A stretch of DNA of 64,000 bases from Candidatus Marinacidobacterales bacterium (lineage in GTDB: Bacteria > Acidobacteriota > Vicinamibacteria > Marinacidobacterales > SMYC01), in the NCBI GenBank assembly GCA_965237955.1, contig OZ250169.1, positions 2,976,001-3,040,000 on the forward strand, read 5' to 3'. The notes below the pieces were generated by a model. It saw only the letters and a list, made by a program, of their open reading frames with translations. It was not told the DNA's origin and did not search any database. This document shows, in pieces, positions 19,970 through 31,081 of the stretch. Made by a program: the position numbers and the translations under genes. Numbering within the stretch: position 1 is the first letter of the stretch; each line of letters starts with the position of its first letter.

Positions 19970-20292
19970 GTGACCTCCAGCCAGAACCCGTCCTGTGCCA
20001 AAACCTCGGCCCTTTTGAAATAGACCATTAATCAGCAGCTTAGTGTCTGTACTACCTGCGAGAGGAGATTCGGTTGCGTCGTGTCCGAAAATGCGAACGG
20101 AGCCAGAAAGCTCGAATCCTAGAGGCGTTCTCGAAATTTGCAGAGACCAGCCGACGGGGCACTGGCTCTGCGATAGGCGCTCCCGAGCAGACCTCTCATT
20201 CTAGCTCCTATTGCCAACCGAGCCTAGACACGTCTCATCCGAAACGTCCCGGCGCGCCGATCTTGAGTTCGTTTGTGTTTTTGGACACGACG

Positions 20293-21130
20293 GGTGTGAG
20301 GAGCTCGTTGCCGAGACCTTGGTGGTTCCGTTCTGTGTGATAGTGCACTACGTATTCGGTTACCGCTGTGCGCAGGTGTCGCTCACTGAGAGGTACGAAG
20401 CGGTCGAGACACTCTCGACGTATGGAGAGAACGAATCTTTCCGCATATGCGTTCAGATTCGGACTATTAGCGGGAAGGCGAAGAGGCTTCACGCCTGAAT
20501 CTCTCAACAGCCCACGTACCGCCTCGGTGAATAGCGGGTCCCGGTCGTGGATGAGGTATCGCTTGCCAAGGAGGAAACCATCGCATGTCAGTGAGGTTTC
20601 TTGCCACCTGCTTCATCCACTCCCCGTTGGGGTCCGAACCGCCTCGATGGTCCGGTGGAACGACTCGCAAAACTTCGAGTCCCGGTCGTGAATGAGGTAT
20701 CGACTTGAGGACACAAAGCCGACATCTGCCATGGTTACGTTGCGAGCCACTTGAGTCATCCACTGTTCGTTCGGATGCGACGTGATGCCGGCGACGTGGA
20801 CTCGACGGGTAGCCAGGTGTATGAAGAACAGAACGTAGTACGTCACCAACCCGCCCTGAGTCCACACTTCCGTGGTAAAGAAATCTGTCGCCGCGAGGAC
20901 GTCCATGTGCGAGCGGATGAACTCCCTCCACGTCGTGTTCTTCCGACGCTCTGGTGCGAGCGGAATGCCGTGGCGTTTCAGAATGTTACCGACGGTTTGG
21001 TCGGCCACTTCATGCCCGAGGTTGGCTAGCGCTCCGGCAATCCGGTCGTAACCCCAGGACTTGTTCTCCTTGGCGAGACGCACCACTAGCTCTTCGATGT
21101 TCGGCGTCGACCCGCGGTCTCCCTGTATAC
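20293..21130 (-). pseudogene. Two fused rve-integrase fragments
   Basis: 20293-20637 nearly duplicates 46887-47232. 20640-21130 encodes LAKENKSWGYDRIAGAL...ATDFFT...LIHDRDSKF from a second family member. Confidence 0.8.
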
Positions 21131-21149
21131 GGACGGTTCTTGGAGCCAT

Positions 21150-21358
21150 CGGCTACCATCAGGTCCTGCACCCAATCCTAAATCTCCAGCCGCGCCCACT
21201 TCTCCAGCGACTCCCAAGCCACCCTTGACGAGCTCCGTCGTCTTGTGGTCTTTTCCTTCATGGCGGTGTCTCCTTCCGTAGGTCCCTTCAGGCCGTGTTC
21301 GACGACGCGGAAGGTTACTCCACCTTTACTCTATTTCCACATCTTCTGAGGGTAGCTC
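21150..21358 (-). mobile_element. Probable IS256-type left end with decayed N-terminus
   Basis: MKEKTTRRRSSSRVAWESLEKWARLEI*; layout resembles 46540-46636. Confidence 0.45.
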
Positions 21359-21359
21359 T

Positions 21360-22730
21360 ATGGACATCGTCCTTGCCTTTAGCGCGTTGTGCGTCTTGCT
21401 GGTGGTCGGCAAGATCCTGCGAGTTACGATCCGCCTGTTCCAGAAGCTTTACCTGCCGGCATCGGTGATCGGTGGTCTGCTTGGGCTGGCGCTCGTGCAG
21501 ACGATCGGTGGCTTCCTACCCGAAGCGACGACGGCGGGCTGGACTCGGCTGCCAGGATTCCTCATCAACATCGTCTTTGCGGCCCTCTTCCTGGGAGTCT
21601 TCATTCCACCGATCAGACGCATCTGGGGGATCGCCGGACCGCAGTTGGCGTACGGTCAAATCGTGGCCTGGGGCCAATACGTCGTCGGCCTTGGGGTGGC
21701 GGTCGTGCTTCTAACACCGGTTTTTGACATCCCGGGGGCCATCGGCACCATCATTCCGGTCGGCTTCGAGGGTGGGCACGGCACGGCCGCTGGTCTGGAG
21801 CCGGTCTTCGATGCCTATGCCTGGCCCGAGGGCAGGGACCTAGCCCTCACGTCGGCGACCTGCGGCGTCCTGTTTGCCATCATCGTCGGGATGGCTCTCG
21901 TCAACTGGGCGGCGCGCCGGGGCTACACCCAGCAACTGAAGCGCATTGAGGACATGCCCGAGAGCAGTATCGTAGGCGTCTACGACCCAGCCGAACGGCC
22001 GAGCGCCGGGAGCCAGACCGTGTCGGCGGCGTCAATCGACAGCCTCAGCTTCCATCTCGCCATCATCGGTCTCGGTGTCTTCATTGGCTATCTGATCCAC
22101 AGCGGCTTGGTGCGCGTTGAGCTCCTGGTGCGGTCTCCAAGCGCCGACGGTCGCGCCTTTTTCGACAGTTTCCCGCTCTTTCCGCTGTGCATGATCGGTG
22201 GTCTGGTGGTGCAGGTCTTTTTCGCCAACTTCACCAAGCGCAATCCGCTCGACCATCGTCTCATGCAGCGCCTCTCGGGCACCGCCATGGATTTCCTGGT
22301 GGTGGCTGCGATCTCGACCATCAATGTGGAGGTGGTGCTGGGGGGGCTCGTGCCCTTGGCGATCCTGGTTGCCGCCGGGGTGCTGTGGAACGTCTTCTGC
22401 GTGGTGTGGCTGGCGCGTCGCCTCTTGCCAGCGGATTCGTGGTTCGAGCGCTCGATCGCCGAAATGGGGCAATCGATGGGCGTCACCGCCACCGGCCTCT
22501 TGCTGTTGCGCGTCGTAGATCCCGAGGGCGACACGGACGCCACCTCGGCCTTCGGTTACAAGCAGCTCATGCACGAGCCGTTCATGGGCGGCGGGCTGTG
22601 GACCAGCGCCGCCATTCCGCTGGCGCTCGCCTACAATCCGGTGTTGGTTCTAGGCATCAGCGCCGGGGCGGTAGCGCTCTGGTTGCTGGTGTGGGCGCTG
22701 TTGTTTCGCGGTCGGCTCGGCCTCGAGTGA
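21360..22730 (+). CDS. gltS: Sodium:glutamate symporter family protein
   Basis: Polytopic membrane protein; LPASVIGG, GFEGGHGTAAG and GQSMGVTATGLLLLRVVDP motifs. Confidence 0.8.
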   Translation: MDIVLAFSALCVLLVVGKILRVTIRLFQKLYLPASVIGGLLGLALVQTIGGFLPEATTAGWTRLPGFLINIVFAALFLGVFIPPIRRIWGIAGPQLAYGQIVAWGQYVVGLGVAVVLLTPVFDIPGAIGTIIPVGFEGGHGTAAGLEPVFDAYAWPEGRDLALTSATCGVLFAIIVGMALVNWAARRGYTQQLKRIEDMPESSIVGVYDPAERPSAGSQTVSAASIDSLSFHLAIIGLGVFIGYLIHSGLVRVELLVRSPSADGRAFFDSFPLFPLCMIGGLVVQVFFANFTKRNPLDHRLMQRLSGTAMDFLVVAAISTINVEVVLGGLVPLAILVAAGVLWNVFCVVWLARRLLPADSWFERSIAEMGQSMGVTATGLLLLRVVDPEGDTDATSAFGYKQLMHEPFMGGGLWTSAAIPLALAYNPVLVLGISAGAVALWLLVWALLFRGRLGLE

Positions 22731-22914
22731 ATCGGCACCGGCGGGCGTGGGGTAGGTGCCTAGTGGAGCAATCCACAAGGAGCGCCGCCCCCCGTCTTGT
22801 GCCAAAACCTCGGCCCTTTTGAAATAGACCATAAATCAGCAGCTTAGTGTCTATGTTTGCGACCGGGCCAAGGCGACGCAAGGGTCTTGAGTTCGTTTGT
22901 ATTTTTGGACACGA

Positions 22915-23816
22915 GTGCGTCCAGCGAAGGCTGGCATGTTCAGTGGGAGAGAGTCCCACCGGGGAAAAAGTTAGCGCCCCGTAGCTTGAGTCACGTTCGT
23001 GGAGGAAACGAGACGGATGAAGCTGACTGACAAAGCCATCTTGAGGATGGTGAGCGAGTCACCGGGCCGTAACACAAGTGAACCCATAGGTGGCCCCGAC
23101 AAAAAAATAGACCCCAGAGGCCGAGTTTTCTCGTGTCGGACGAAGGCAACAGGGATGTGTCGCCAGACTATCTGATGAGGCACATCCCTCTGGCGGGGTG
23201 GTAGGGACAGCACGGTGACAAGGACATGCCAAGCAACTGGAGAAGCCGTCCTCGTCCCGTCGAGAAATCGACGGAGCAAGGTAGACCGCATAACCGGAGG
23301 CCCCGGGAAAACGGTTGAAGACGAGACGGTGGCGGCTGGGTCCGTAGTAGCGTTGAAACGGGGCAACGCCCGTGGAGCAAAGGGGCCCTGCTGCACACAA
23401 CTCCTTCGTCAACAAGCGAGGCAGGGGTGAGATGACAAAATCACCCATCACTCTGCAGGAGCTGAGATGAAGGATATACGTCAAGGCGAAGGCCGAGAAG
23501 TCTTGGCGCTTCTTGCGCCAAGGTTTCGGCTGGAAGCGATGGAGTAGGCGATGGATGTAGGCGACTGTCGGACTGTTCACAGATTACCGAGTTCGATATC
23601 TCGTAGATTCGCCGAAAGACGCCCCGGCTCGATAGGTCACATAACCCTTCGCGGGAAGTGTGCAGGAGCGCGTAGTGCGGGAAAGCCGCACGCTGCGTGC
23701 GATGTGGCGGGGGCTGGAAACGGACTTACGGTGCGGCTAGTGAGGCACTCCCACAGGAAACGGGGAGAAACAGATAGGCCGCGCCTACGGAGCACCGCGC
23801 CAGCCCTCGACCCTAC
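22915..23816 (+). mobile_element. Group II intron with internally deleted reverse transcriptase ORF
   Basis: 5' GTGCG. Domain V GAGCGCGTAGTGCGGGAAAGCCGCACGCTGCGTGC. 3' end CGACCCTAC. ORF remnant MTKSPITLQELR*RIYVKAKAEKSWRF joined to RQGFGWKRWS. Confidence 0.9.
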
Positions 23817-24214
23817 CGGGATTGCAAAACTGCATTGCAGTACTGATTCGATTGGCGATACCTTTATGCAAGGCGGGAACTGCTGACACTTAACTTGGGA
23901 CTGAAGAATTCATTGTGGCTATTGTTCGACAACGTCGACAAAGGCTAGCCGACCAACGGAATTCAGGGGGAGGATTTGGTCATCATCCGAGCGCTCCTTA
24001 AAGCGACGAGAAAGCTGGAGCGTCGGCTTCGCCGAGGTGACTTCGATTGTCGGACGCTGGTGTTCCTAAGACATGGTGCGAGGAGATCAATCGGGCACAG
24101 TCGGACGTGTCCTATGATTTCGTCTTTGTGGACGAAGAGAGCTTCAACAGATACAGCCCAAAATCATTTGCCGACCTTGCTACCAATTTCCGTCAGTACA
24201 AGGAGGGCTGAATC

Positions 24215-25717
24215 ATGACCGCGCCGGTCACCGCCTCAATGCTTTACGATTTGGTTTCTTGTCCGCATCGCGTGACCATGGACCTTTTCGCCGACCAGGC
24301 GCAACGCGATGAGTCAAACCCGTTTGTTCAATTGCTTTGGGAGAAGGGTAACATCTATGAGAAAGAGGTTATTGAGAGGCTGGAAATGCCCCTTACCGAT
24401 CTCTCAATATACGCAGGTGATGAAAAGGAACGGCTGACTTTTGAGGCTATGCATGGCGGCGAACCGCTAATCTACAGTGGACGTATGCAGGCCGAAGGCC
24501 TTCTTGGAGACCCGGACCTGCTGCGCCAAGAGGGTGACGGGTATGTCGCTGGAGATATCAAGTCAGGCGCAGGGGAGGAAGGCTCGGGTGACCTGTCGAA
24601 ACCCAAGAAGCACTACGCGGTGCAACTCGGGCTCTACACAGACATCCTGGAACGTAAGGGCCTTTCTGCCGGGAAACGTGGCTTTATCTGGGATATTGAT
24701 GGCCAAGAAATCATCTATGACTTTATAAAACCATACGGGAAACGGAATCCACGCACGCTCTGGGAGGATTATCAGGATTGCCTCGCCGAGGCCCAGGCGA
24801 TAGTCGGCAAGAGCACGGAGACGCTTGCCGCCTATAGCGGGGTTTGCAAGCTCTGTCATTGGTACAGCGCTTGTATCTCACGCCTAACCGATGCGAACGA
24901 TCTGACGCTGATTCCTGAGTTGGGCAGGTCGAAGCGTGACGTGATGATGGAACGTATCGCAACGATCCGGGACCTGGCCGAGGCTTACCCCGCAGAATTT
25001 GTCACGGGCAAGAAAACGATCTTCCCCGGCATAGGTCTCGCGACTCTAGAGAAGCTGCACGCCCGAGCGAAGCTGATTACGGCGGGGAAGAAGGCCAAGC
25101 CCTATCTCCGCGAACCGGTAACGCTGCCGGTCGCCGATCTGGAACTGTACTTCGACATCGAAGTCGATCCCATGCGCAACATCTGTTACCTGCACGGTTT
25201 TGTCGAACGGCGGGGCGGCGACAACGACACAGAACGGTTTATCACTTTCTTCGCCGAGCAAACAACCGCAGAGGCTGAGAAGCAGGCTTTTGCCGAGGCT
25301 TGGCGCTACATGCAGGAAAGCCAGCCCTGCGTGATCTACTACTACTCGAAGTACGAGCGAACCATCTATCGAAAGCTACGTGAGAAATATCCGGACGTCT
25401 GCAAGGAGGACGAACTGGAGGCGCTATTCGACCCGGTACGGGCCGTGGACCTCTATTCTAATGTGGTGCTGAAGGCCACAGAATGGCCAACACGAGACTT
25501 CTCAATCAAAACACTGGCGAACTATCTCGTCTTTGCGTGGCGCGACACACATCCCTCGGGGGCGGCTTCAATCGAATGGTTCCATAGGTGGGTAGAAACG
25601 GGTGACCCTACGATTCGCCAGCGCATTCTTGATTATAACGAAGACGATTGCCGTGCGACGCGCGTTCTGCGGGATGCTCTTGACAGCTTGATCGTGATGC
25701 CGGAGGGGCCCGGATGA
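24215..25717 (+). CDS. TM0106 family RecB-like nuclease (with RNase H-like domain)
   Basis: PDLL...GDIKS...YAVQLGLY, YFDIE and YNEDDCRAT motifs. Confidence 0.88.
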   Translation: MTAPVTASMLYDLVSCPHRVTMDLFADQAQRDESNPFVQLLWEKGNIYEKEVIERLEMPLTDLSIYAGDEKERLTFEAMHGGEPLIYSGRMQAEGLLGDPDLLRQEGDGYVAGDIKSGAGEEGSGDLSKPKKHYAVQLGLYTDILERKGLSAGKRGFIWDIDGQEIIYDFIKPYGKRNPRTLWEDYQDCLAEAQAIVGKSTETLAAYSGVCKLCHWYSACISRLTDANDLTLIPELGRSKRDVMMERIATIRDLAEAYPAEFVTGKKTIFPGIGLATLEKLHARAKLITAGKKAKPYLREPVTLPVADLELYFDIEVDPMRNICYLHGFVERRGGDNDTERFITFFAEQTTAEAEKQAFAEAWRYMQESQPCVIYYYSKYERTIYRKLREKYPDVCKEDELEALFDPVRAVDLYSNVVLKATEWPTRDFSIKTLANYLVFAWRDTHPSGAASIEWFHRWVETGDPTIRQRILDYNEDDCRATRVLRDALDSLIVMPEGPG

Positions 25718-25950
25718 ACAATACACAGCAAACGCATGACGCTCAACAAATACTCTCCAGCCTGAGGGACCATCTTGCGCGGCATGACAAGCCTATCGCT
25801 TTCTTCTTAGGTGCTGGCACATCTTGTGCGATCAGAGTGGCGGTGCCCGATGACAAGGATAAGACGCAGCCGCTCATACCTGCCGTTGCCGAATTGACCA
25901 AGATATGCCGGGAAAAGGCGCGTGGCTTAGGCAAAAAGTATGAAGAGACA
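25714..25950 (+). pseudogene. SIR2-like protein N-terminal fragment, cut by an IS3 end
   Basis: IAFFLGAGTS...PLIPAVAELT; ATGA-coupled to the nuclease; TGAACCGCCC starts at 25951. Confidence 0.7.
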
Positions 25951-26530
25951 TGAACCGCCCCGGGAATCCCGGAGACTGTTTCAGTTGAGTCTCGCCACCT
26001 CGAGCGAGCCTTGTTGCGAGCGATAGTAGTTCAGTTCGTGCTCGACCGGTGGGATGTTTCCGATCGGTTCCAAGAGTCGTTGCGTGTTGTACCAGTGCAC
26101 CCCGTCCTGTGCCAAAACTCGGCCCTTTGAAATAGACCACAAATCAGCAGCTTAGACGCCCTTGGAATCCGCGCGGAAGCGAGGGTATTTCACGCCGCAG
26201 GGCTGCCTTCCGACCCCGTCCTGTGCCAAAACTCGGCCCTTTTGAAATAGACCATAACTCAGCAGCTTAGCGTCTGTGTTTGCGACCGGCCCAAGGGCCG
26301 TGGGCTTTACAATCGTCTAGCCCGAGGGTGTTATCTTCAGATCCATGATGACGTACCCCGTACAATTCCTACTGCTCGTTCTGGCTGGGTCAGCCGCCAG
26401 CAGCAGGAAGTGATTGTCCAGACGGAGACCGGGCGAACCACCATGGACGCTTCGAGAGCAGGTCCGGCGAATCGCGGAAGCCTGTGGCGCTCCGATTAAC
26501 TAGCCGGTCCAATCGGGCTATAATCTCGAC

Positions 26531-26764
26531 ATGCCGATCTTCGAATACGCCTGCTTGGAATGCGACAAACGCTTCGAGTCGCTTGTCCTGAGTTCGAGCG
26601 AGGACGCGCCGCGCTGTCCTTCCTGCGAGAGCGGCAAGCTGGAAAAGCAGCCTTCAGTCTTTGCGGTCAGTAGTGGAAACGGGGCGGCGGCTGCAGCTGA
26701 GGCACCCGGGGCCTGTGGATCTTGCGGTGACCCTCAAGGCCCGGGTTCTTGCTCGCTGAACTGA
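26531..26764 (+). CDS. FmdB family zinc-ribbon protein
   Basis: MPIFEYACLECDKRFE...CPSCES motif. Confidence 0.88.
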   Translation: MPIFEYACLECDKRFESLVLSSSEDAPRCPSCESGKLEKQPSVFAVSSGNGAAAAAEAPGACGSCGDPQGPGSCSLN

Positions 26765-27408
26765 GCTTTTCCCGGAAGACGACGCAATACGCATCGAACT
26801 AGTCGGTGCCTGTGAGGTCAAAATACTCATGCGGCTTCCCGATGGTAGAAACGTAACAACCCGCCAAGCCGTTCACGGGAGCGCACCATAGAAACTAAGC
26901 TGCTGATTTATGGTCTATTTCAAAAGGGCCGAGTTTTGGCACAGGACGGGATGCCACGCTCCCGAGCGGAAACCTGGGTCCAGGCCCGGGCCGCACCTGG
27001 ACCAGAACGTGCTAGCCCGCTGCGCCGCGGTAGCCCCGGCCTCGATTCTAGGTCCTCTAGAGACGAGAGCGCGAACAAACGACGAAATCATGCCGGCATG
27101 GCCCCGGCAGACCGGAGACTAATCAAGTTCGGTGCGCGCGGATGAATAAATAGAAGGCACAAGCCAAGCGATGGCAAGTCCTAACCACGCAATCAACGCT
27201 GGATCGACTTTTTGCGGAGCACAGGTTACCCAGCTTCTTCAGAGTATCCTGCGCGGTGTTTCTCGCTTTGATTCGCTCTCCTTCCGCGCCGTCGCGTACG
27301 TCGCGTGTTGGGTTCCCGCGACAAGAGTCACCCGCACGGATCCCGTCACGACCACTCTTCGCGAGTGAAACGGAGTGCGCCGTCTCCGGATTCCAGTCGA
27401 GAACGCGG

Positions 27409-27927
27409 CTAGTTGGACTCGATCGGAGCGATCAGGACGTTGGTCCCCCACATCAGCTTGATCTCGCCGCTGTTGCCTGAGCCGGACAGCTCGATCGTGA
27501 GCTGTTCCGTCGCGTCTCCGTCCTTCTTCCACGTGAGCTGGGCTTCGCCCACGTCGCGGCTGGCGTCGTGGGACGTGCCCCACTGCCCGGTCTGGGAGTT
27601 GAACACTAGGTGCCACGTGTCTTCGCTCACTCGTTTCGTGAACAAGCTGTACGCGCCCTTCGCGATCGCAGTGCCGGAAACGGTGATGTCGGCCCCGGTC
27701 GTGAACGTGGTGGATTGATCCGCGCCTGTGCGCCAAACGGTACCCACGGGGGCTTGGCCGAGCATGTCGCGTCCCCGGAGACTCGGCCGACCGTAGTCCA
27801 CGGAAACCTCGCTTCCGCCTATGGTCGCTTTGGATGTGCCGCGGGGAGACTGAGCCCACGCCACGACGCCCACCGCAACAGCAGCGATCGCGACAAGAAC
27901 AACAAAACGAGTCACTTGGCTGTGCAT
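27409..27927 (-). CDS. DUF2911 domain protein, exported
   Basis: SPR...VDYGRPSLRGR...VWRTGAD...GAYSLFT...QTGQWG. Confidence 0.88.
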   Translation of the reverse strand: MHSQVTRFVVLVAIAAVAVGVVAWAQSPRGTSKATIGGSEVSVDYGRPSLRGRDMLGQAPVGTVWRTGADQSTTFTTGADITVSGTAIAKGAYSLFTKRVSEDTWHLVFNSQTGQWGTSHDASRDVGEAQLTWKKDGDATEQLTIELSGSGNSGEIKLMWGTNVLIAPIESN

Positions 27928-28182
27928 CGAAGAGAACCTCCTTTATGCCATGCGTAGACGCACGGCTGGCAACCCAGGCATGTTAGACCGGGGTGCGGTT
28001 CGGACCAAGCGCGGGGTGAAGTCTGGAGCGCGTCGTGTCCAAAAACACAAAGGCGTTGCCAAGCCCTTGATGGTTGCGCTCTCCACGATAATGATAGATG
28101 AACTCGGCGCCGGACCGGCGCGCGGGTCTTAGAGTTCGTTTGTGTTTTTGGACACGACGGGGCCGAGTTTTGGCACAGGACG

Positions 28183-28410
28183 AGGTCGAGATACTCGACA
28201 ACGGCTATCGGTTCGATGGCAAAACCTATCCGTCCCTCACCGCCATCACAAAGCGAATCACCGGCACCCACTGGTCAGGACCACGCTTTTTCGGTCTGAC
28301 GCCCAAGCGCAAGGCCTAACATGAAGAAAATCCGTTGCGCCATCTATACGCGAAAGAGCGCGGAAGAGGGGTCTCGAACAGGAGTTCAACTCCCTCGATG
28401 CGCAGCGAGA
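28183..28410 (+). pseudogene. DUF2924/recombinase junction fragment
   Basis: Matches about 976-1200 and begins exactly at the R1 end (28182). Confidence 0.8.
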
Positions 28411-28432
28411 GGACGGACGGGCGTCGCGCTTA

Positions 28433-29686
28433 TTATGACCAGGTTCTGATCGCCCGCTCCACGTCGCGCCCCGACGGACTCTGGAACACTCGCAGGTCGA
28501 ACTCCGGCACCACCGCCAGCAGATGGTCGAAGATGTCTGCCTGGATCGCCTCGTAGCGGCTCCAAACCTGATCGCGGCTGAAGACGTAGACCTCGATCGG
28601 GAGCCCGTGCTCGGTTGGCGCCAGCTGCCGGACTAGGAACGTCATGTCCTGGTGCACCATCGGGTGGTGGCGGAGGTACGCCACGACATAGGCGCGAAAC
28701 GTCCCGACGTTCGTCAAATGGCGGCCGTCGGCCAAGCTCACCGGTTCGACCCCGCGCGCCGCGTTCCAGTTTGCAATCTCCTCTCGCTTGGCCTTCATAT
28801 AGTCGGCGATGTACTGAATTTTCGAGAAGCGCGCCAGCATCTCCTCGTCACAGAAGCGAATGGAGCCGACGTCGATGTAGAGGGCTCGCTTGATGCGCCG
28901 GCCACCCGATTCCGCCATGCCGCGCCAGTTCTTGAACGATTCCCCAATCAGCGCGTAGGTGGGAATCGTGGTGATCGTCTTGTCCCAGTTCTGAACCTTC
29001 ACCGTCGTCAATCCCACATCGAGCACGTCGCCGTCGGCGCCGTGCTTCGGCATCTCGACCCAATCGCCCCGCGAGACCATTCGGTTCGCCGACAGCTGGA
29101 TGCCGGCGACGAAGCCAAGAATGGTGTCCTTGAAGACCAGCATCGTCACCGCGCTCATCGCGCCGAGGCCGCTCAACAGCAGTAGCGGCGAGCGGCCGAG
29201 GACGAGCGCCAGGACGCTGATAGCCGTTACGGCGTACACCACCAGCTTGAGCACCTGGGCGATGCTCCGCACCGGTAGCTCCCGCGGGAGCCGCGAACCC
29301 CGGACGATTTCGATCCCCACGTCCACAACGCTGTCGGCCGCCAGCGCCGCGATGACGATCATGTAGATGAGCGCCCCCTGCCGCACGACGGCTGTCAGCT
29401 GGTCGTATCCGGCGAGCACCGGAGTCGCGAAGTGGTAGATCACCAGCGCCGGCACAAGATGTGCCACCCGTTGTAACACGCGGTGCCGCATCACGACGTC
29501 GTCCCAACTCGAGGTCGTCCGTTGCGCGAGCCGCGCGATACCGCGAACCACGACACTCTTGGTGACGCGGTCGGCGATCAGGGCGACGAACAGGACGAGC
29601 AGGACGCCTCCAAGCCGCGTCAGCAGCGTGGCGCCCGCCTCGCTCATCCCCCACTTAAGCAGCCAGTCGTGCAGCGGGCTAAGCAC
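28433..29686 (-). CDS. MscS family mechanosensitive channel (YbdG/MscM-like)
   Basis: LVFKDTILGFVAGIQL, GDWVEMPKHGADG, VKVQNWDKTITTIP and FKNWRGM motifs. Confidence 0.92.
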   Translation of the reverse strand: MLSPLHDWLLKWGMSEAGATLLTRLGGVLLVLFVALIADRVTKSVVVRGIARLAQRTTSSWDDVVMRHRVLQRVAHLVPALVIYHFATPVLAGYDQLTAVVRQGALIYMIVIAALAADSVVDVGIEIVRGSRLPRELPVRSIAQVLKLVVYAVTAISVLALVLGRSPLLLLSGLGAMSAVTMLVFKDTILGFVAGIQLSANRMVSRGDWVEMPKHGADGDVLDVGLTTVKVQNWDKTITTIPTYALIGESFKNWRGMAESGGRRIKRALYIDVGSIRFCDEEMLARFSKIQYIADYMKAKREEIANWNAARGVEPVSLADGRHLTNVGTFRAYVVAYLRHHPMVHQDMTFLVRQLAPTEHGLPIEVYVFSRDQVWSRYEAIQADIFDHLLAVVPEFDLRVFQSPSGRDVERAIRTWS

Positions 29687-29975
29687 GCAACGTCTCCATC
29701 ATGCAATTTTACGCCACTATATCTCTTGGTTGGACCGCTCACTAGATGTCGTGGTCTTGTCGTACTCGGCTAGGAAGGTGTCTGGTCCAACCGCAACATT
29801 CCGACCATCAACGACACGGCTTCCTCTTCATGACCGCTCCTCTTCGCGGCCATTATCTCAGCTCCGATTCAACTCGGCTTTGTCCTAGTTTTCGGAGAGC
29901 ACGTCACCGAGTCTTCCTCTTATGCCCGCAACAGTCAATGACGCAAGCACCCATCGGACGTCCACGACGAGGGCT

Positions 29976-30722
29976 TCAAACGGACGTAAGATCCGACAAC
30001 GATATTTCCTGGAGGTCGCTATCAGGAGCGTAAGCCTTCTCCGCCGCCCGGCGAATAACCGCTTTGATGGCCTCCTCCAGAAATCGGCGGTCCTGATATG
30101 TCAGATCATTGTCCTTGCCGATTGCCTTTCTCGCTTGCTGACCGCCTCTTTCCGAAGAGAGATTGCCGATCTTGTTGAGCACCTTCAGCTTTATTCGATA
30201 CATTTTAGCTGCCTTCTTCTTGCCGCCAAGTATGGTCAGGCAGAAATAGGCCATGCTCGCCAAAGGCTCTCTGCCCTCGAGATAACCCTCGTAGCGGTCA
30301 TACATGGTCTGCACGTCGGGGATGAGCTTGAGTCCCGGTGATGGTGGCGAAGGATAAGGTTTTGAAACAGTGGCCATCACGCTTACCGTCGGTACCCCAG
30401 TCGTGATGCTCACGGATGTATCCAACACACCCGGTATCGGCTTCTTGTCCTCAATTTGCGCCTTTTTAAACCTTAACTTGAAATGGTTCGGCCCTTCCCG
30501 AAGGCCAGAGTCGAACTCCCACACGCGAATATAGTCTTCAATGGCTTTCCGTGCAGCGTCTTTAGTCGCGTAGTGTTTCTTGAATTCAAAGCGCACTTGC
30601 TCATTCGCGATCTCGACACGAAAACCTGTCTCTTCGTGAGCGATTGGCTTCGCCTTACTATAGTCAACCGACCGACCATGCTCGATTTGGTAGAGTAATG
30701 CGACTACATGAGGGTCGTTCAT
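29976..30722 (-). CDS. Hypothetical protein
   Basis: 248-aa lower-GC ORF; an IS3 end abuts the start codon. Confidence 0.7.
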   Translation of the reverse strand: MNDPHVVALLYQIEHGRSVDYSKAKPIAHEETGFRVEIANEQVRFEFKKHYATKDAARKAIEDYIRVWEFDSGLREGPNHFKLRFKKAQIEDKKPIPGVLDTSVSITTGVPTVSVMATVSKPYPSPPSPGLKLIPDVQTMYDRYEGYLEGREPLASMAYFCLTILGGKKKAAKMYRIKLKVLNKIGNLSSERGGQQARKAIGKDNDLTYQDRRFLEEAIKAVIRRAAEKAYAPDSDLQEISLSDLTSV

Positions 30723-31081
30723 TGAACCGCCCCGGGGATGCTACTGGCTGATCTTCTCTTTTTTGCGGGTCGCAGGTATTTCGAACGGTATTACGGCATC
30801 ACGCTTGCCGAGGCGACCCCGTCCTGTGCCAAAACTCGGCCCTTTTGAAATAGACCACAAATCAGCAGCTTAGACGCCCTTGGAATCCGCGCAGAATCGA
30901 GGGTATTTCGCGCCGCAGGGCTGGCTTCCGACCCCTGAGCTGCGGGTGGCGAGCGACAGGCCCACCGGGGGTGCGCACGGCTGGCTCAAATCGGCTGCGG
31001 GGCGAGCTACGGGGCAGTGAACTTCGCACCCGGAAGTCCCTCATTAGACTGGACTTTATCGAGCACAAGAGCGAACGTTCG

